This document shows, piece after piece, positions 11,476 to 24,929 of a stretch of 63,243 nucleotides of DNA; the first letter of the stretch is position 1, and each line of letters starts with the position of its first letter. The notes under the pieces were generated by a model. That model was not told the origin of the DNA. It did no database searches and saw only the letters and a program-made list of their open reading frames with translations. This stretch comes from Paraspadella gotoi. Its lineage: Eukaryota > Animalia > Chaetognatha. Both the position numbers and the translations under genes were made by a program. The stretch lies in the NCBI GenBank assembly GCA_051294375.1, contig JBJCIZ010000373.1, forward strand, positions 1-63,243, in the 5' to 3' direction.

Positions 11476-14359
11476 TACCTTCTATTTGATTCCCATAGAC
11501 GTTTTCACATTTCTTTTATAATTTTTATTATTGATGGGTATTGGTACATTTTAATACAAGGGGGATGACGGGGAAAAAAATTTAAAAAGAGTTAAGTTAA
11601 AAAAAATAGTAAGCGAGTCTGGGAAAGGACGATCAACGAACGATGCTCATTCTAGATCTCGGCCCATTTGAGTCACTAGGGAAACCGACGAGAACACCTG
11701 GCAGCTTAGGCGGTTTCGAGTAGTGTTTTATAGACGCAATTTTTTTGAATTTGTTTTTCTTACAACATGCTATCTAAGATATAGTCTAAATGTTGACGCT
11801 ATCTAAATGTCTAACAAGTGTGGTGTGTTTTGATTGTTTGTTTTTTAATCTCCCAGACAACCTGATGGTGTTTAGTTGACTGGGAATATTCCAGAATCCC
11901 CCCTCCGCGTCAAGCTGCAGTGGAACAAATGGTGCAACGGCGGTTTCCCCCTGGTGATTGGTAATATCCCGAGAACGCGCCTCGCGTTGAATCGCATCCC
12001 ATGCTCGCTCGAAAATTCCCCGAAGCCAAGGATTATCGAGAGACGCTACCCTCCATGTTCGAAGATAACGCGACAGAAAAAAGGCGGGTAAATTTTAATT
12101 TTTGAATTGTTCTTTTTTATTTAGAAAACAAGTTTGAGCAATAATGTCGGATCTTTCTACGATAATTAAGCGGTTAAAAAGATGATAAATGAAGATTAAT
12201 TCTTTCAATTTTAAGTTACTACTATTCAAATGGAAAAAAATTTCTTTTTTGAAATTCAACCATGGTATATTATCACTCGATAACTAAGAAAATAAGCAAG
12301 ATGGACTACATGGGAGTTTGAAATAAAAAACGTCAGCGAATTTGAAGTCGCTATAATTATAATTTAGCCACAGATCTTTTCATTCACTCCATTTGAAATC
12401 CGTGTATTTTATTGAATTCTATCTGTGAAACTCCTACATCAGTAAATTAAACGACGGAACTTGATTTGTTTTAATGCCTTTTAATTCAATCTAATAAACA
12501 ATAAAGTTCAGTTGGGACAGAAGAAGACAAGTTTAATATTATATATTATATTAGGGTTTGTACAATTTCATAGATAATCTTTTTTTTCAAAACGATGACA
12601 GAAGAAAAGAATAGAGACGAAGGAAAATAAGTAGGAAGACCAAAATTTTATTTGGGGTCAAAAGTGGTCATCGGATCATAATAAACAACACAATTAAAAA
12701 GAGTCGTTTTAAAAAAGTAAAGGCTGGAGTGAGCTTTTGCTTTGCTGTAGCGATGATGAAGAAGATCAAGAGTCTCTGGTCAATTTCGCTCATGTGTTGG
12801 AGAAAGCAACGACAGCACCTTTAAATGCTTCCGCCTCCCATTTTCTTCACTTCTTGCAATTGTGCCCGTCAATGCCTGAAAAATAAAATTGTTTTATTTT
12901 AACATTAAAAAGTACGTAAATTTAATTATGATAAATCAGTCATATTATTAATTAGTAAAATTATTATTTACTTCCCTTTGCTAAACCTAAGACCTTATCC
13001 GAAAGAATCGTGGCAGCACCCGCAGGGTTTTTAATCACAGTATAGTTTTATTAACTTATTAAGCTATTAAATTGGGTTATAAAATTGTATCATAACTATT
13101 ACTTACACAGTCACACAACAACAACAACCCTCAACGAGACGTTTACCTCGAACTAACCTAAGCACCCCCGTTTCGCCAATCCCGCAACGTCTCGATCTAT
13201 GTCCTGACCATAATAGACCACGAGCTCATCCAAAGCTGATCAGAAGTTTTCCTCCAACGATCCGCCGAAAAGTGGAGAGGGTGGAAATGATGGCTCGCCG
13301 GTAGAGGAAGTGGTTGTCGCCCTCTTTTGAGTGGGTGGAGGGGGTCTGGAAGAGTGGGTGGTGGGGTTAATTAAGAGGGTTAATTAAGAGGGTTAATTCA
13401 TATTAAACTCATTTTGTTATCTTTGAACGCTTCTAAGTACAGTCACCAATACTCTATATTTAATTTATTATCCATTCTCGCAATAACCTTCATCATCATA
13501 ACCCTATATCACTATCACATCTATCACAATCTCTCACTGTAGTCGAGGAAGATAGAGTTGAAAGCCGCCATCCCAGATTTTGTCGACTTCAGAATTCCAC
13601 GCAAAAAGTTTTTTCAAAGTTTTCGCCTGAGTCGCTTTCGTATCCAGATCAATAAATCTAAACCAAAGGGAAAGGCGAGCCAGAATGAGGAGTTTGAATC
13701 TTTCATCGAAAAATGAATGAGAAACTGACTTCCGCGTAAGCTCCGAACGCAGGTGATTGTATTCTCTTCACTGATCGAAAAAGACTTCGAATTGTTTTTT
13801 TCGAAAGATTTCAATTCATTTTCCATCTTTTGAGCTGCCATTCTGTGAAGAAAATGTATGATGTATTAAATACATACAATACAATTTTTTTCAACTTTAG
13901 TTAGTTCTGATTGGGATGACGAGATATATAAAAATTTTATGTGCATAAAAAGTTGTTTTTTTTTTCACGGCACAAAAATTAATATATATTTGTATTGTAT
14001 AATTGAATTGCTTTTTTTTTTTTTGTTATTTTGTCTTCAAAGGTTCGTAGCAACTTGAATTTCATTGCAAATGCTAAATTGAAATCTTATAAACGAATAC
14101 TTACAAAACAAGACATACAAAACCAACCCAAGTTTTCATGAACGGCTTTAGCGATCGGCGATTCATAGCGCCGTCGCCGCCTCCCTCCTCCTCGTGCGGA
14201 CCGAATTCGGGCGCCCAAAATGCGGCCGCCAAATTCATCGTTGAATTCCCCGCCATATTCTATCGCCGTAAGAGGCGCCACCTGCGCCAGCAGCGCCTCC
14301 GAAATTTGTCGTAGTGACCTCGTTATGCCATCGGTGGTCTTGGGGAGGGGAAGACGACA

Positions 14360-14404
14360 GAGAGAGAGGAGAGAGAGAGAGAGAGAGAGAAAGAGAGGAG
14401 AGAG

Positions 14405-14458
<54 letters not shown>
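14360..14458. repeat. (GA)n microsatellite
   Basis: Seen directly. Similar GA/CT tracts at 8-38, 3434-3498, 16195-16237, 38330-38478, 57745-57789, 58113-58188 and 58960-59013. Confidence 0.95.
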
Positions 14459-14460
<2 letters not shown>

Positions 14461-15737
14461 AGACGAGTCAAAAACAACCAAAAAAAGAACATTACCTCTT
14501 CAACTTACCCCTTGTGTTGCCTAATTTCATCGCCAATCTTTTCAAGATCGACGCGTCGCGACCGACGAACAAAAGAGCAACGCATGCCGAAAAGAAACAG
14601 TCGCGACATCTTGAGAGTTATTTTGTTTTTTGTTTTTTTTGTTTTAATAATCTAAATTTAATTGAAATAAAATAATAATTCGAAATCATTGAACGCTTTA
14701 ATAAATACAATTCCTTTCGAGACCCGGATAAATTAATTGTCAACCATTTTAATAGCAAGATAACATATTAATAGGAAATCCCTTTGCGATTCAAAATCGA
14801 TTAATACTTTATATAATCACAACAATAAAGTTCTAATTGTTATTTTTTTTTGTTTTGTGGTCAATCGGATTAACGCAGAATGCCTGTCAATGTGCACGTG
14901 AAGAAAGTCGTCCAATTCGACCCAAAAAAAAACCCTTTTTTTTCTTCCTTAAATCTGATTTGGTTTTGAATTTCCGTTTTTCTGATTTCCCGGAAAATTT
15001 ACGAACGATATGAGGGTCCTTTCACTTGTCCGAAAGTCGCGTCAAAAAAATCGTTTTCCAGGTATAATTAATTAAAAAAGTTTAGTAATTTTTTAAAAAA
15101 TTGTATTTTGAATATTTTTTTTAAAAAATTGAGTATTATCAAGGAGAGAAGTCTGCGTAAAGAGCGGTTTCCATTACGGACTCAACATCGTCATCGCGTC
15201 TTTCAGAACGTATTGTCCGTTCCCCGTTTCTTCTGTCCCGTAAGTCCGTCCGTCCCAGCTCTACCTTTAGTTTGCAAGGAACTGCAAGACCATCATTTTT
15301 GACGAAATCGCGTCCAAACTTTCGCAATTTGAATTGATTCCATTGCGTCGAGTCTGTGAAATTAAAACAAAAGATCAGGAGAATATAATAACTATTTTCG
15401 CCAGTAATGTTTTTAATACTTTTTCTGATTTTTATTATCGTCATTAAATTCCTCTTTGATTTCCTGCGTGATTGATTGATATATTTAGTGATTCAATAAA
15501 TCGTTGATCTTGTTGATATTTATTATTGATTGACGATTTGATTGAGTAAATAATCATATATATATAAATATTTTATAAATAATGGTTTTATTGAAGTTTT
15601 GTTATTTAAATTGCGGAAAAATTTTAGGTGATTGAAATGATTGATTTGGTTTTTTTTTAATCCATTGATAGATTGATTGAATAATTGAATATTTGGATTT
15701 GAATTTATTGTTTGATTGATTGGTTGATATTGAAATA

Positions 15738-15769
<32 letters not shown>

Positions 15770-17269
15770 AATAATCATAGATTGATTTCCACTCACTGGA
15801 ACTCGACGCCCGCCCATGGTGCCGCCCATACTTGAATCCGCGTAGAGACGCACCAGCTCATCGAACGCTTCCGTGAGAAGTTACCTATCGCTCCCGCCGA
15901 CGAAGGAGGGTGGAGACGGCCCGCGGAAGGCCCGCCGGGGTGTCGCCCTGCTTCAGGGGTGGAGGGGGTCTAGAAGGAGAAGAGAGGTTGGGGCATTATG
16001 GAGAGTTTTCTTTGATTGATTGAGTGAGTGACACAGAATTGTTTATTATTCTCTATTTACATTGTCAATCATGTCCGTCCGATTGTTTTCATTATGATAT
16101 ATGAAGCGTATGACTATATGTAAACTATATTTAAGCCAATAAACTAGGACAAAAATTAAAAAACAGCCTCATAATCGAGGGCTTCGTCCGGGAGTCTCTC
16201 TCTCTCTCTCTCTCTCTTTTCTCTCTCTCTCTCTCTCACTATAATCCCGATAGATGGCGTGGAAATCCTTGGAGCGCAGCTTCGTCGACTTCAGAACAGA
16301 AACCAGCAATGACTTGACCCTCATCGGCCGGAGCCGCTTGGATGCAAAGTTTGGGGCCTAAATTCCCCCTTTGGATAATAGATAAATAGAATAGATAAAT
16401 AAATTGATAAATAAATAAAGTAAGAAGTAAAAATAGATAAAAGAGTAATAAATAAAATAATAATTAAACGAAGGAATAAATAAATGAATAAAAAACTAAA
16501 TGAAATAAAACTGGAAATATATTATGAATTTTTTTTTAAAAGAACACCGATGTATTTCTTAAACAGAAAAAGGGGAAATAAAGATAGGATATATAAATAA
16601 ATAAAAATATAGATAAAGATTTGTATAGGATCCTTTCTTCCTTTCGTTTCGATACAAGAATGGAATAAATAATTATTTAAAAAAAATGTAAACTTCAAAT
16701 TTTAAACGAAACAGTTTTGTTTTTTTATTCATCTCAATGATTAAAAAAAAAATAAAAATAAACATAAACTATTCAAAACTAAAAAGGAAGAAAGAAGCAT
16801 CTTACCGCCGGCAATAAGATCTCCAGAAGTGCTTCGTATTCTTGAGAGTTTTTGGCAAAAGTCAACGATTGACTGATAAACTGCATTGGCGCTCTTTTGT
16901 CCACTTTGGAGGATGCGAACTAAGTGACATAAATTAAAACACGAAAGAAATTTTTGAAAAACAAAAACAAACATCATTTTCAAGAAATTTAATCATTAAA
17001 AGTAGAGCCAAACTTTGTCATGGGGTGGGTTCAGAAGTTTAGATTTGGGAACCTTCAAAAATGAAACTTCATACATTTTCTGATTAAATTTTCAATGGAA
17101 CCAAAATTTTATAAATTTTAATATTTATCTTTATTTTTTAAAATTTTGTATTTTTAAATTAAAGGTAGATCTAGGTAGAGAAAACGCAAGAAATATACAC
17201 AGACATACGGACGGACTCATTTTTTTGCATAATTCACATAAATTAGATGTTATGAATGTGATAAAAATG

Positions 17270-17605
17270 ATTTAGAGTAACTCGCGGAGCAACTCTAATA
17301 GTCACCTTTTCGGTTCCGGTCGTTCGGTCCATCGGTATGTCTGTCGTTGGTCCGTCCTGCTCATAACTTGCATATTGTTAAGACAGGAAAAAACCTCAAA
17401 TCTAAGGGACTGATTGGCGCCGCATTCAGGAAATAAAAGACAAATAACAAAGACAAAATTCCGATGGCAGTGCAATGTCATAAATGCATGGGCTAAGAAA
17501 GTTTTGTCATGTGACGTCGACATGTTTCATGTAATATTATGTCACACGAAACACATGTGATAAGGCAGTCACTGCGGCGCAACACATTTGAATTTAACCG
17601 TTTTC
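17270..17605 (+). mobile_element. Non-autonomous dispersed element, DINE-1/Helentron-associated-like, copy 1
   Basis: Shares CTCGCGGAGCAACTCTA, (GTCG/GTCT)n, TTGTTAAGACAG and AGTCACTGYGGCGCAACACATT blocks with 59292-59540. Confidence 0.5.
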
Positions 17606-17964
17606 TTTGATTTTTCATCAGCGTCACCCTAATTTCCGAAACAACAAAATCGACCATTATCCAATAAAAACGACATTTTGGTCAATTATGAACCTCAGCT
17701 GAACTTTTTGAAAATTCTTGGGCCATTCCTCCTTCGCCCAACATCGGGTCCGGAACCGGCTCCTGGTAGTTGGGGTCGTCATAGGGACTAGAGGGGAACT
17801 TAATGGGGGAAGATAAATCAGTCTGAATTTTGCCGTTTTCCTTCTTAAACTACTTAAAAACTATTTAATATCATCTATTGTTTATACTAATTGTTGATTA
17901 ACTTTTATTTACTCATACATCAATCCATGGCACAACCATATTATTGTTTATTATTATATTCAAA

Positions 17965-18389
17965 TGCTTGCGGCCAATCTGAGTGAACTATTCTGTGAAT
18001 TCAAGTTGAAGCCTTTTGTTTTCCTTTTGTTAGTCTGGCTAACAAAAGAGGCCTTGCCGCCAACTGAATTATTTTGATTGTTTACTTGTAAACTGATTGC
18101 CCTCAGATTGATCAGACTGATTTTTCTCCTGATGAAATAAACTTGCTTCTCAATTATTTCACAATGTTTTTACTTAATATTTTCAAAGTAAGAAATACAT
18201 TAAGTGATAAAGAAAAACCTTTACCTCAAATCTGATTAAACAACCAATCAAAAATGAAACAATCAATTTGAAATCCAATGTGAGACTTTCCCTGCGATGA
18301 ACTGTATCATCTTAGAACTATCACATCACATGTGTCAACTCTATCGGACGCCTCTAATCAACCTCAGCGGCTTCCGATGACTTACCACA
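17965..18389 (+). repeat. 5' LTR (425 bp, TG...CA)
   Basis: Begins TGCTTG and ends TTACCACA, followed 2 nt later by TGG of the PBS. Confidence 0.9.
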
Positions 18390-18391
18390 CC

Positions 18392-18404
18392 TGGTGAGCC
18401 GACA
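18392..18404 (+). promoter_or_regulatory. Primer-binding site, tRNA-Trp-like
   Basis: TGGTGAGCC(C)GAC; copy B reads TGGTGAGCCCGAC, one mismatch from the complement of the usual animal tRNA-Trp 3' end (TGGTGACCCCGAC). Confidence 0.65.
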
Positions 18405-20197
18405 ATGAACAACAAGCCAACCTTCGAACGGGCAGAGGAGCGACATTACCACTTCCGAGGTAAGACTGGGTGAAGAATTGGAATTAAGCGTGATCACCCA
18501 TTCCGCTCACACTTTTTCCACCTGCCCCATACCCCCAATATCCCGCTCATCTCGACAACGCCGACGAGCCGCAGGCCGACGCCGCGGCGCCGCAGCTCAT
18601 CCCCAGCCTTCAGCGAGGACGACGGTCAAAACCAACGTCTTCAGGCCACCCTCGACGCTGCTCTAGGTTTCAACGCTCAAAGAGTCGACGTCGCCTAATT
18701 GGAACGGCGACATGGCGACCGAACCAACCGACCGACAACGCTGAAGGAAGGGAACTACGCCACATAAACGACGAATGCGCGCCGCACTGACGGCGGCGAC
18801 TCGCGCCCTGAGAGAGCGTCAAACCGGAAGCCCGACCTTCCGGAATTCGATTCATCCAACATCGAGATTTGGATTAGAAGAGTAGAGGCAGCTTACGTCC
18901 GCGCCGGCATCTCCACCACGAAAAACAAATTCGCTTACCTCGAATCAAAAATTGGGTAAGTGGATCCAAATAAATCAGTTTCTATTCGGATGAAGCGACG
19001 GAGGAGGCCTGGACCCAGTTCCTTCAATACTTAAGGGATGAATATGGATTTACTCGGCGCCAACAAGCTACTCACCTCCTCGACAACATCGACATCGACG
19101 GCATCAAGCCGTCAAGGGCTCTGGCACTCTTAGAGGAGAAAACTCGGACTCTCACTCTCGACGACTTACGCAAGGAGAAAATCCTTCAGGAACTGCCGAC
19201 GGAAATCCGCCGGCAACTCGAGGAGAAGGCCGAGGAAACTGACCCGCCCGCGACCTCTGTCAACTGGCAGATCGGCATCTACGACAATGAGGGTAAACCA
19301 AAGATCTGTCAGCCGACTGCACAAGTCAACAACATCGAAGGCAACCATCAGCGCCGCCTACCGTCAGAAACGGACGACGACGACGACGACGACGACGACG
19401 CCGTCAATGCCATCGACCACTCCAAGCGGAAGAAGAGAAATGGAAAAGACGCCGGAACAAAGTCAAAGAGAAACAAAAAACTAAGCTTCTCACACTTTGC
19501 AGCAAGCATCTAAAATTCGGAGATAACGCCCGATCATGCGAACCGGGCTGCTCAAAGTACAAAGAACTGCAAAAGCATCATGAGGGAAACGGAAGAGGGG
19601 ACGCCGTTGGTGAACGCCGTCCCCCAGCCAGAATCATTTTCACCAGCAGCGAGCGACCTCCTTTACATCAGGGATTCAGAGAGCAGAGTGAAATGGTTGG
19701 TAGACGGCGGCGCCCTTCTATCAATCATACCTCCAACCCGCGAACAACGCCTGAAAGGACCAAATCCAGAGACAAAACTCCAGGCGGCGAACGGATCACC
19801 TATTAGCTGCTATGGTTCAGTCAACAAAACCGTCACACTCGGGAAAAGGCGATTTGAATACGATTTCGTCGTCGCAGATGTCACCCAGCATATTTTGGGA
19901 GCCGATTTCCTTGCAGAAAACTTTCTTGCTCCAAACCACCGAGACGGCCTGTTAATGGACTTACAGGATTATTCGACGATAGCAGCGTCGACATCCTCCG
20001 GAGCCACGACTCATGCGAATTTTCGTCGATAGGAAAGGCGAGAGATACTATAAGTTATTAGAATCTTTCCCTTCGCTTTCAACGCCGACATTTGAGCTCA
20101 AGGAGAAGTAATTGTCCAGTGGAGGACTCGTGTTTCGGCGGTGGCTTGGAACCAGTTTTCCTTCTAAGCCTCNNNNNNNNNNNNNNNNNNNNNNNNN

Positions 20198-21536
20198 CGA
20201 GGAATTCGAGCGATTCCTGGCCCAGGAGACACTTCTTTGTATTCACGACGAGACCGCTGGCGTCCAGTGCCTTGAAGACACGCTCGAGATCCTGTATGTG
20301 TTCCTCTGGCGACGTTGACGCTACTAATATGTCGTCGAGGTATACAAATGTATGAGGGATATCCCCAAGTATCTCATCCATTAGGCGTTGGAAATCTTGC
20401 CCCGCATTTTTTCAGCCCAAAAGGGCAGCGGGGAAAGACGTACAACCCAAAGGGGGTGATGACCGCAGTCTTCTTCACATCATCAGGATTTACGGGTATC
20501 TGATGATAGCCCTTAAGTAGGTCTATCTTTGAAAAGATAGTCTTGGCCTTCAAGTTGAGCATTGAAGTCGGTCAGTAGCTTGACCGGATAGCGGTCATCT
20601 ATCGTCTGCGCGTTGAGTCGACGATAGTCTCCGCAGCCAGCGCCAACCGCCATCCGGTTTCGCTACTACGTGGAGAGGCGAGGACCATTCCGATTTTCCT
20701 CTTTTCGCGATGCCTAGGGAAACCATTTTCTCTAGCTCCTTTTTGGCTACTGCCAGTTTTTCTGGATCAAGTCGGCGGGCGCGGGACTGGCATGGTCGGC
20801 CTTCTGTCGGGATTGAGTGGGTCACTCCATGTCTCGGCTCCTTGAGCTCAAATGTCGGCGTTGAAAGCGAAGGGAAAGATTCTAATAACTTATAGTATCT
20901 CTCGCCTTTCCTATCGACGAAATTCGCATGAGTCGTGGCTCCGGAGGATGTCGACGCTGCTATCGTCGAATAATCCTGTAAGTCCATTAACAGGCCGTCT
21001 CGGTGGTTTGAGCAAGAAAGTTTTCTGCAAGGAATCGGCTCCCAAAATATGCTGGGTGACATCTGCGACGACGAAATCGTATTCAAATCGCTTTTCCCGA
21101 GTGTGACGGTTTTGTTGACTGAACCATAGCAGCTAATAGGTGATCCGTTCGCGCCTGGAGTTTTGTCTCTGGATTTGGTCCTTTCAGGCGTTGTTCGCGG
21201 GTTGGAGGTATGATTGATAGAAGGGCGCCGCCGTCTACCAACCATTTCACTCTGCTCTCTGAATCCCTGATGTAAAGGAGGTCGCTCGCTGCTGGTGAAA
21301 ATGATTCTGGCTGGGGGACGGCGTTCACCAACGGCGTCCCCTCTTCCGTTTCCCTCATGATGCTTTTGCAGTTCTTTGTACTTTGAGCAGCCCGGTTCGC
21401 ATGATCGGGCGTTATCTCCGAATTTTAGATGCTGCTGCAAAGTGTGAGAAGCTTAGTTTTTTGTTTCTCTTTGACTTTGTTCCGGCGCTCTTTTCCATTT
21501 CTCTTCTTCCGCTTGGAGTGGTCGATGGCATTGACG

Positions 21537-21568
<32 letters not shown>

Positions 21569-22962
21569 CGTTTCTGACGGTAGGCGGCGCTGATGGTTGC
21601 CTTCGATGTTGTTGACTTGTGCAGTCGGCTGACAGATCTTTGGTTTACCCTCATTGTCGTAGTGCCGATCTGCCAGTTGACAGAGGTCGCGGGCGGTCAG
21701 TTCCTCGGCCTTCTCCTCGAGTTGCCGGCGGATTTCCGTCGGCAGTTCCTGAAGGATTTTCTCCTTGCGTAAGTCGTCGAGAGTGAGAGTCCGAGTTTTC
21801 TCCTCTAAGAGTGCCAGAGCCCTTGACGGCTTGATGCCGTCGATGTCGATGTTGTCGAGGAGGTGAGTAGCTTGTTGGCGCCGAGTAAATCCATATTCAT
21901 CCCTTAAGTATTGAAGGAACTGGGTCCAGGCCTCCTCCGTCGCTTCACCGATAGAAACTGATTTATTTTGGGATCCACTTGACCAATTTTGATTCGAGGT
22001 AAGCGAATTTGTTTTTCGTGGTGGAGATGCCGGCGCGGACGTAAGCTGCCTCTACTCTTCTAATCCAAATCTCGATGTTGGATGAATCGAATTCCGGAAG
22101 GTCGGGCTTCCGGTTTGACGCTCTCTCCGAGGGCGCGAGTCGCCGCCGTCAGTGCGGCGCGCAATTCGTCGTTTATGTGGCGTAGTTCCTTCCTTCAGCG
22201 TTGTCGGTCGGTTGGTCGGTCGCCATGTCGCCGTTCCAATTAGGCGACGTCGACTCTTTGAGCGTTGAAACCTAGAGCAGCGTCGAGGTGGCCTGAAGAC
22301 GTTGGTTTGACCGTCGTCCTCGCTGAAGGCTGGGGATGAGCTGCGGCGCCGCGGCGTCGGCCTGCGGCTCGTCGGCGTTGTCGAGATGAGCGGATATTGG
22401 GGGTATGGGGCAGGTGGAAAAAGTGTGAGCGGAATGGGTGATCACGCTTAATTCCAATTCTTCACCCAGTCTTACCTCGGAAGTGGTAATGTCGCTCCTC
22501 TGCCCCGTTCGAAGGTTGGCTTGTTGTTCATTGTCGGGCTCACCAGGTGTGGTAAGTCATCGGAAGGCCGCTGAGGTTGATTAGAGGCGTCCGATAGAGT
22601 TGACACATGTGATGTGATAGTTCTAAGATGATACAGTTCATCGCAGGGAAAGTCTCACATTGGATTTCAAATTGATTGTTTCATTTTTGATTGGTTGTTT
22701 AATCAGATTTGAGGTAAAGGTTTTTCTTTATCACTTAATGTATTTCTTACTTTGAAAATATTAAGTAAAAACATTGTAAAATAATTGTAGAAGCAAGTTT
22801 ATTTCATCAGGAGAAAATCAGTCTGATCAATCTGAGGGCAATCAGTTTACAAGTAAACAATCAAAATAATTCAGTTGGCGGCAAGGCCTCTTTTGTTAGC
22901 CAGACTAACAAAAGGAAAACAAAAGGCTTCAACTTGAATTCACAGAATAGTTCACTCAGATT
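20198..22962 (-). mobile_element. Ty3/Gypsy copy B: 5' LTR, PBS, gag, protease, RT to 'LEFL' (indel-broken)
   Basis: LTR 22548-22962 (last ~12 bp missing). RT motifs WSSPLHVVAKPDGGWR, FSKIDLLKGYHQIP, PFGL and YLDDILV across ORFs 20595-21440, 20374-20562 and 20079-20381. Confidence 0.93.
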
Positions 22963-23396
22963 AATCTAATATGTAGAATCTTAATTTACTGTATCTTAAT
23001 CATTTTCTCACATCTTGTAAGAGGTTTTACTATTAAAAAATAATCGAAAACTTTTAAAAATCTACCTAAAGATGTTCATGAAAAATTTCAACAATTTTTT
23101 TTCTTCGGTAATACTAGATTTGTCAAGAGAAAAATATTTTTTTAAATGTAAGCTAAAATTTCTACAACCAAATTTTTTACTTAAACTGATTCTTTACAGT
23201 AAGCTCAATTCCTACTCTTATAGTTTAATTCTCCTTTGGTACAAGTCCATACTGGAAGTTGTATCACTAATAAGTCTAAAACAAACTACTCTACACATTT
23301 TTCATATGGGTTTTTATGCTTTTATGAGTTTTATGAGTTAAGAAAACTTATCGAATTTATTTCAATTGTGACTTTTTACTTATATAAATGTAATAA

Positions 23397-24020
23397 TGAA
23401 GAGACAGTAATTAGTGATATGAGTTGAGTAGTGATAGACCGTTCAATATAAGCAGTGCCCTGAGCTTCGGATCAGGCTTGTAACACCGAGTTACGGCGGG
23501 TTACAGCGCCCCGTCCCTCTGGTAACTTGCCAGCGAACCACCGGGCAGAACGACCTTTGGGTTGGGAAGGCGATGGTCTTGCCTCCGGCACGTGCAATGG
23601 CCGCTGATGAACGGTGTGTGGATTTTTAGTTCCACATACATCATCCCCCCTCCGCATAGGAGAAGTCTGTTGCGTCTCTCAGTGAATTTTGTTGTTGTGG
23701 AAAGTACGTCACCAAGTTGAGGCATGTCGCGTGATGTGTTGTGGGCGAAAGTGATCGCCACGTTTGAGAGCATGTCGCCTGAAAGTGTTGTTGTTGCTGT
23801 TGTGTTCGGGAAGTCGGGCTCAACCAATGAAGGACAGTAAATTAGTGATATGAGTTAGTGATAGAACCGTTCAATATAAGCAGTCCTGAGCTTCGATCAG
23901 GCTGTAACACCGAGTAGCAGGCGGGTTAAAGCGCCCCGTCCCTCTTAACTGACAAGACGACCACCGGGCTGAACCGGGACCTTTGGGTTGGGAAGGCGAA
24001 ATGTTCTTGCCTCCGCACCA
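23397..24020 (+). other. Two tandem copies (~430-bp period) of the unidentified structured repeat seen at 11236-11475
   Basis: Shared CCGTTCAA..TAAGC..TCAGGCT(T)GTAACACCG..ACCACCGGGC..GGGTTGGGA blocks. The copy at 23827-24020 is 3'-truncated. Confidence 0.5.
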
Positions 24021-24929
24021 ATATATCATAAAATAGTTTGCCCTATTTTCTAGGAAATCTCTGAAGAAAAAATCAAATCTGGAATTTAAAAAATATTAAA
24101 AACAGTAAGCCAGTTTTTTTTAAAGACATCGGCGTTGAACAAACTCCATCATCACATCTCCCGTGCTTGTGTTGTTGTGGTGAATCTTGCAAAGTAAATG
24201 AGTACAGAATTTAAACTTTCTTGACGAAGTGAGTTAAAAACGAAGGTTGCGCTCAAACCACAGGACTCTTCTTGAGAAAAAATATAATTGGGCAAGAGAA
24301 GTGAAACGGTGGGGGAGATTCTATGAGCGCGTTTTTGGAAAAATGTTTTTCGTTTCAAAGATATCAAGAAATTTTATCCAAAAATTGACAAATAATGCAA
24401 ATTTTTCTATGAAGGAAGGCAAATTTTGAGAAATATCTTTTCATAGAATTGGAGTTTTGTGACCTAAAAGTAATCCATGCCAAATTTCATGAGAAACCGC
24501 CTTACCGTTTGGGCTGCAACTCTTCAATAGTTTTCTTTTATTTTAATATAGTACCAAAAAAAATCGAGAAACGCGATAACGCCTTTGAAAAATAGTAAGT
24601 GATACATTTTCGGAATCGTCGGAGCTCTCCTTCGAAATCCGAGCTCGGTTTTTAGCCTAATTATAATTTGAATTGGAGTGATCCGGACCTTAAGAAAATA
24701 TCTTTGCCTAAGTTCAACCCTTAAATTCAACAATAAAGCGACATGATCGTTTCATCAATTATCGTCCTATCGTATCAATCGATATGTAATTTTAATTCTT
24801 ATTTTGCAAAGAAACCTATTCCGACCCGCGACGGTATGAATGGTTACGAACGATATAGGATTTGAATACTACTTTTTGCCTTTTTCTTCTTCAGAACTTG
24901 GTTCGCGGCAGCCCCTGTTTTCCGAAGTT

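Larger units (their letters stand above)
17965..20107 (+). mobile_element. Ty3/Gypsy copy A: 5' LTR, PBS, gag, protease (frameshifted by indels, truncated before RT)
   Basis: LTR TG...CA at 17965-18389, PBS at 18392, gag homologous to 25517-26422, protease ORF 19580-20032. Confidence 0.92.

Noticed and set aside
14220-14675. RE/SL-repeat ORFs (also 57977-59333)
   Set aside because: Translations of GA/CT microsatellites.
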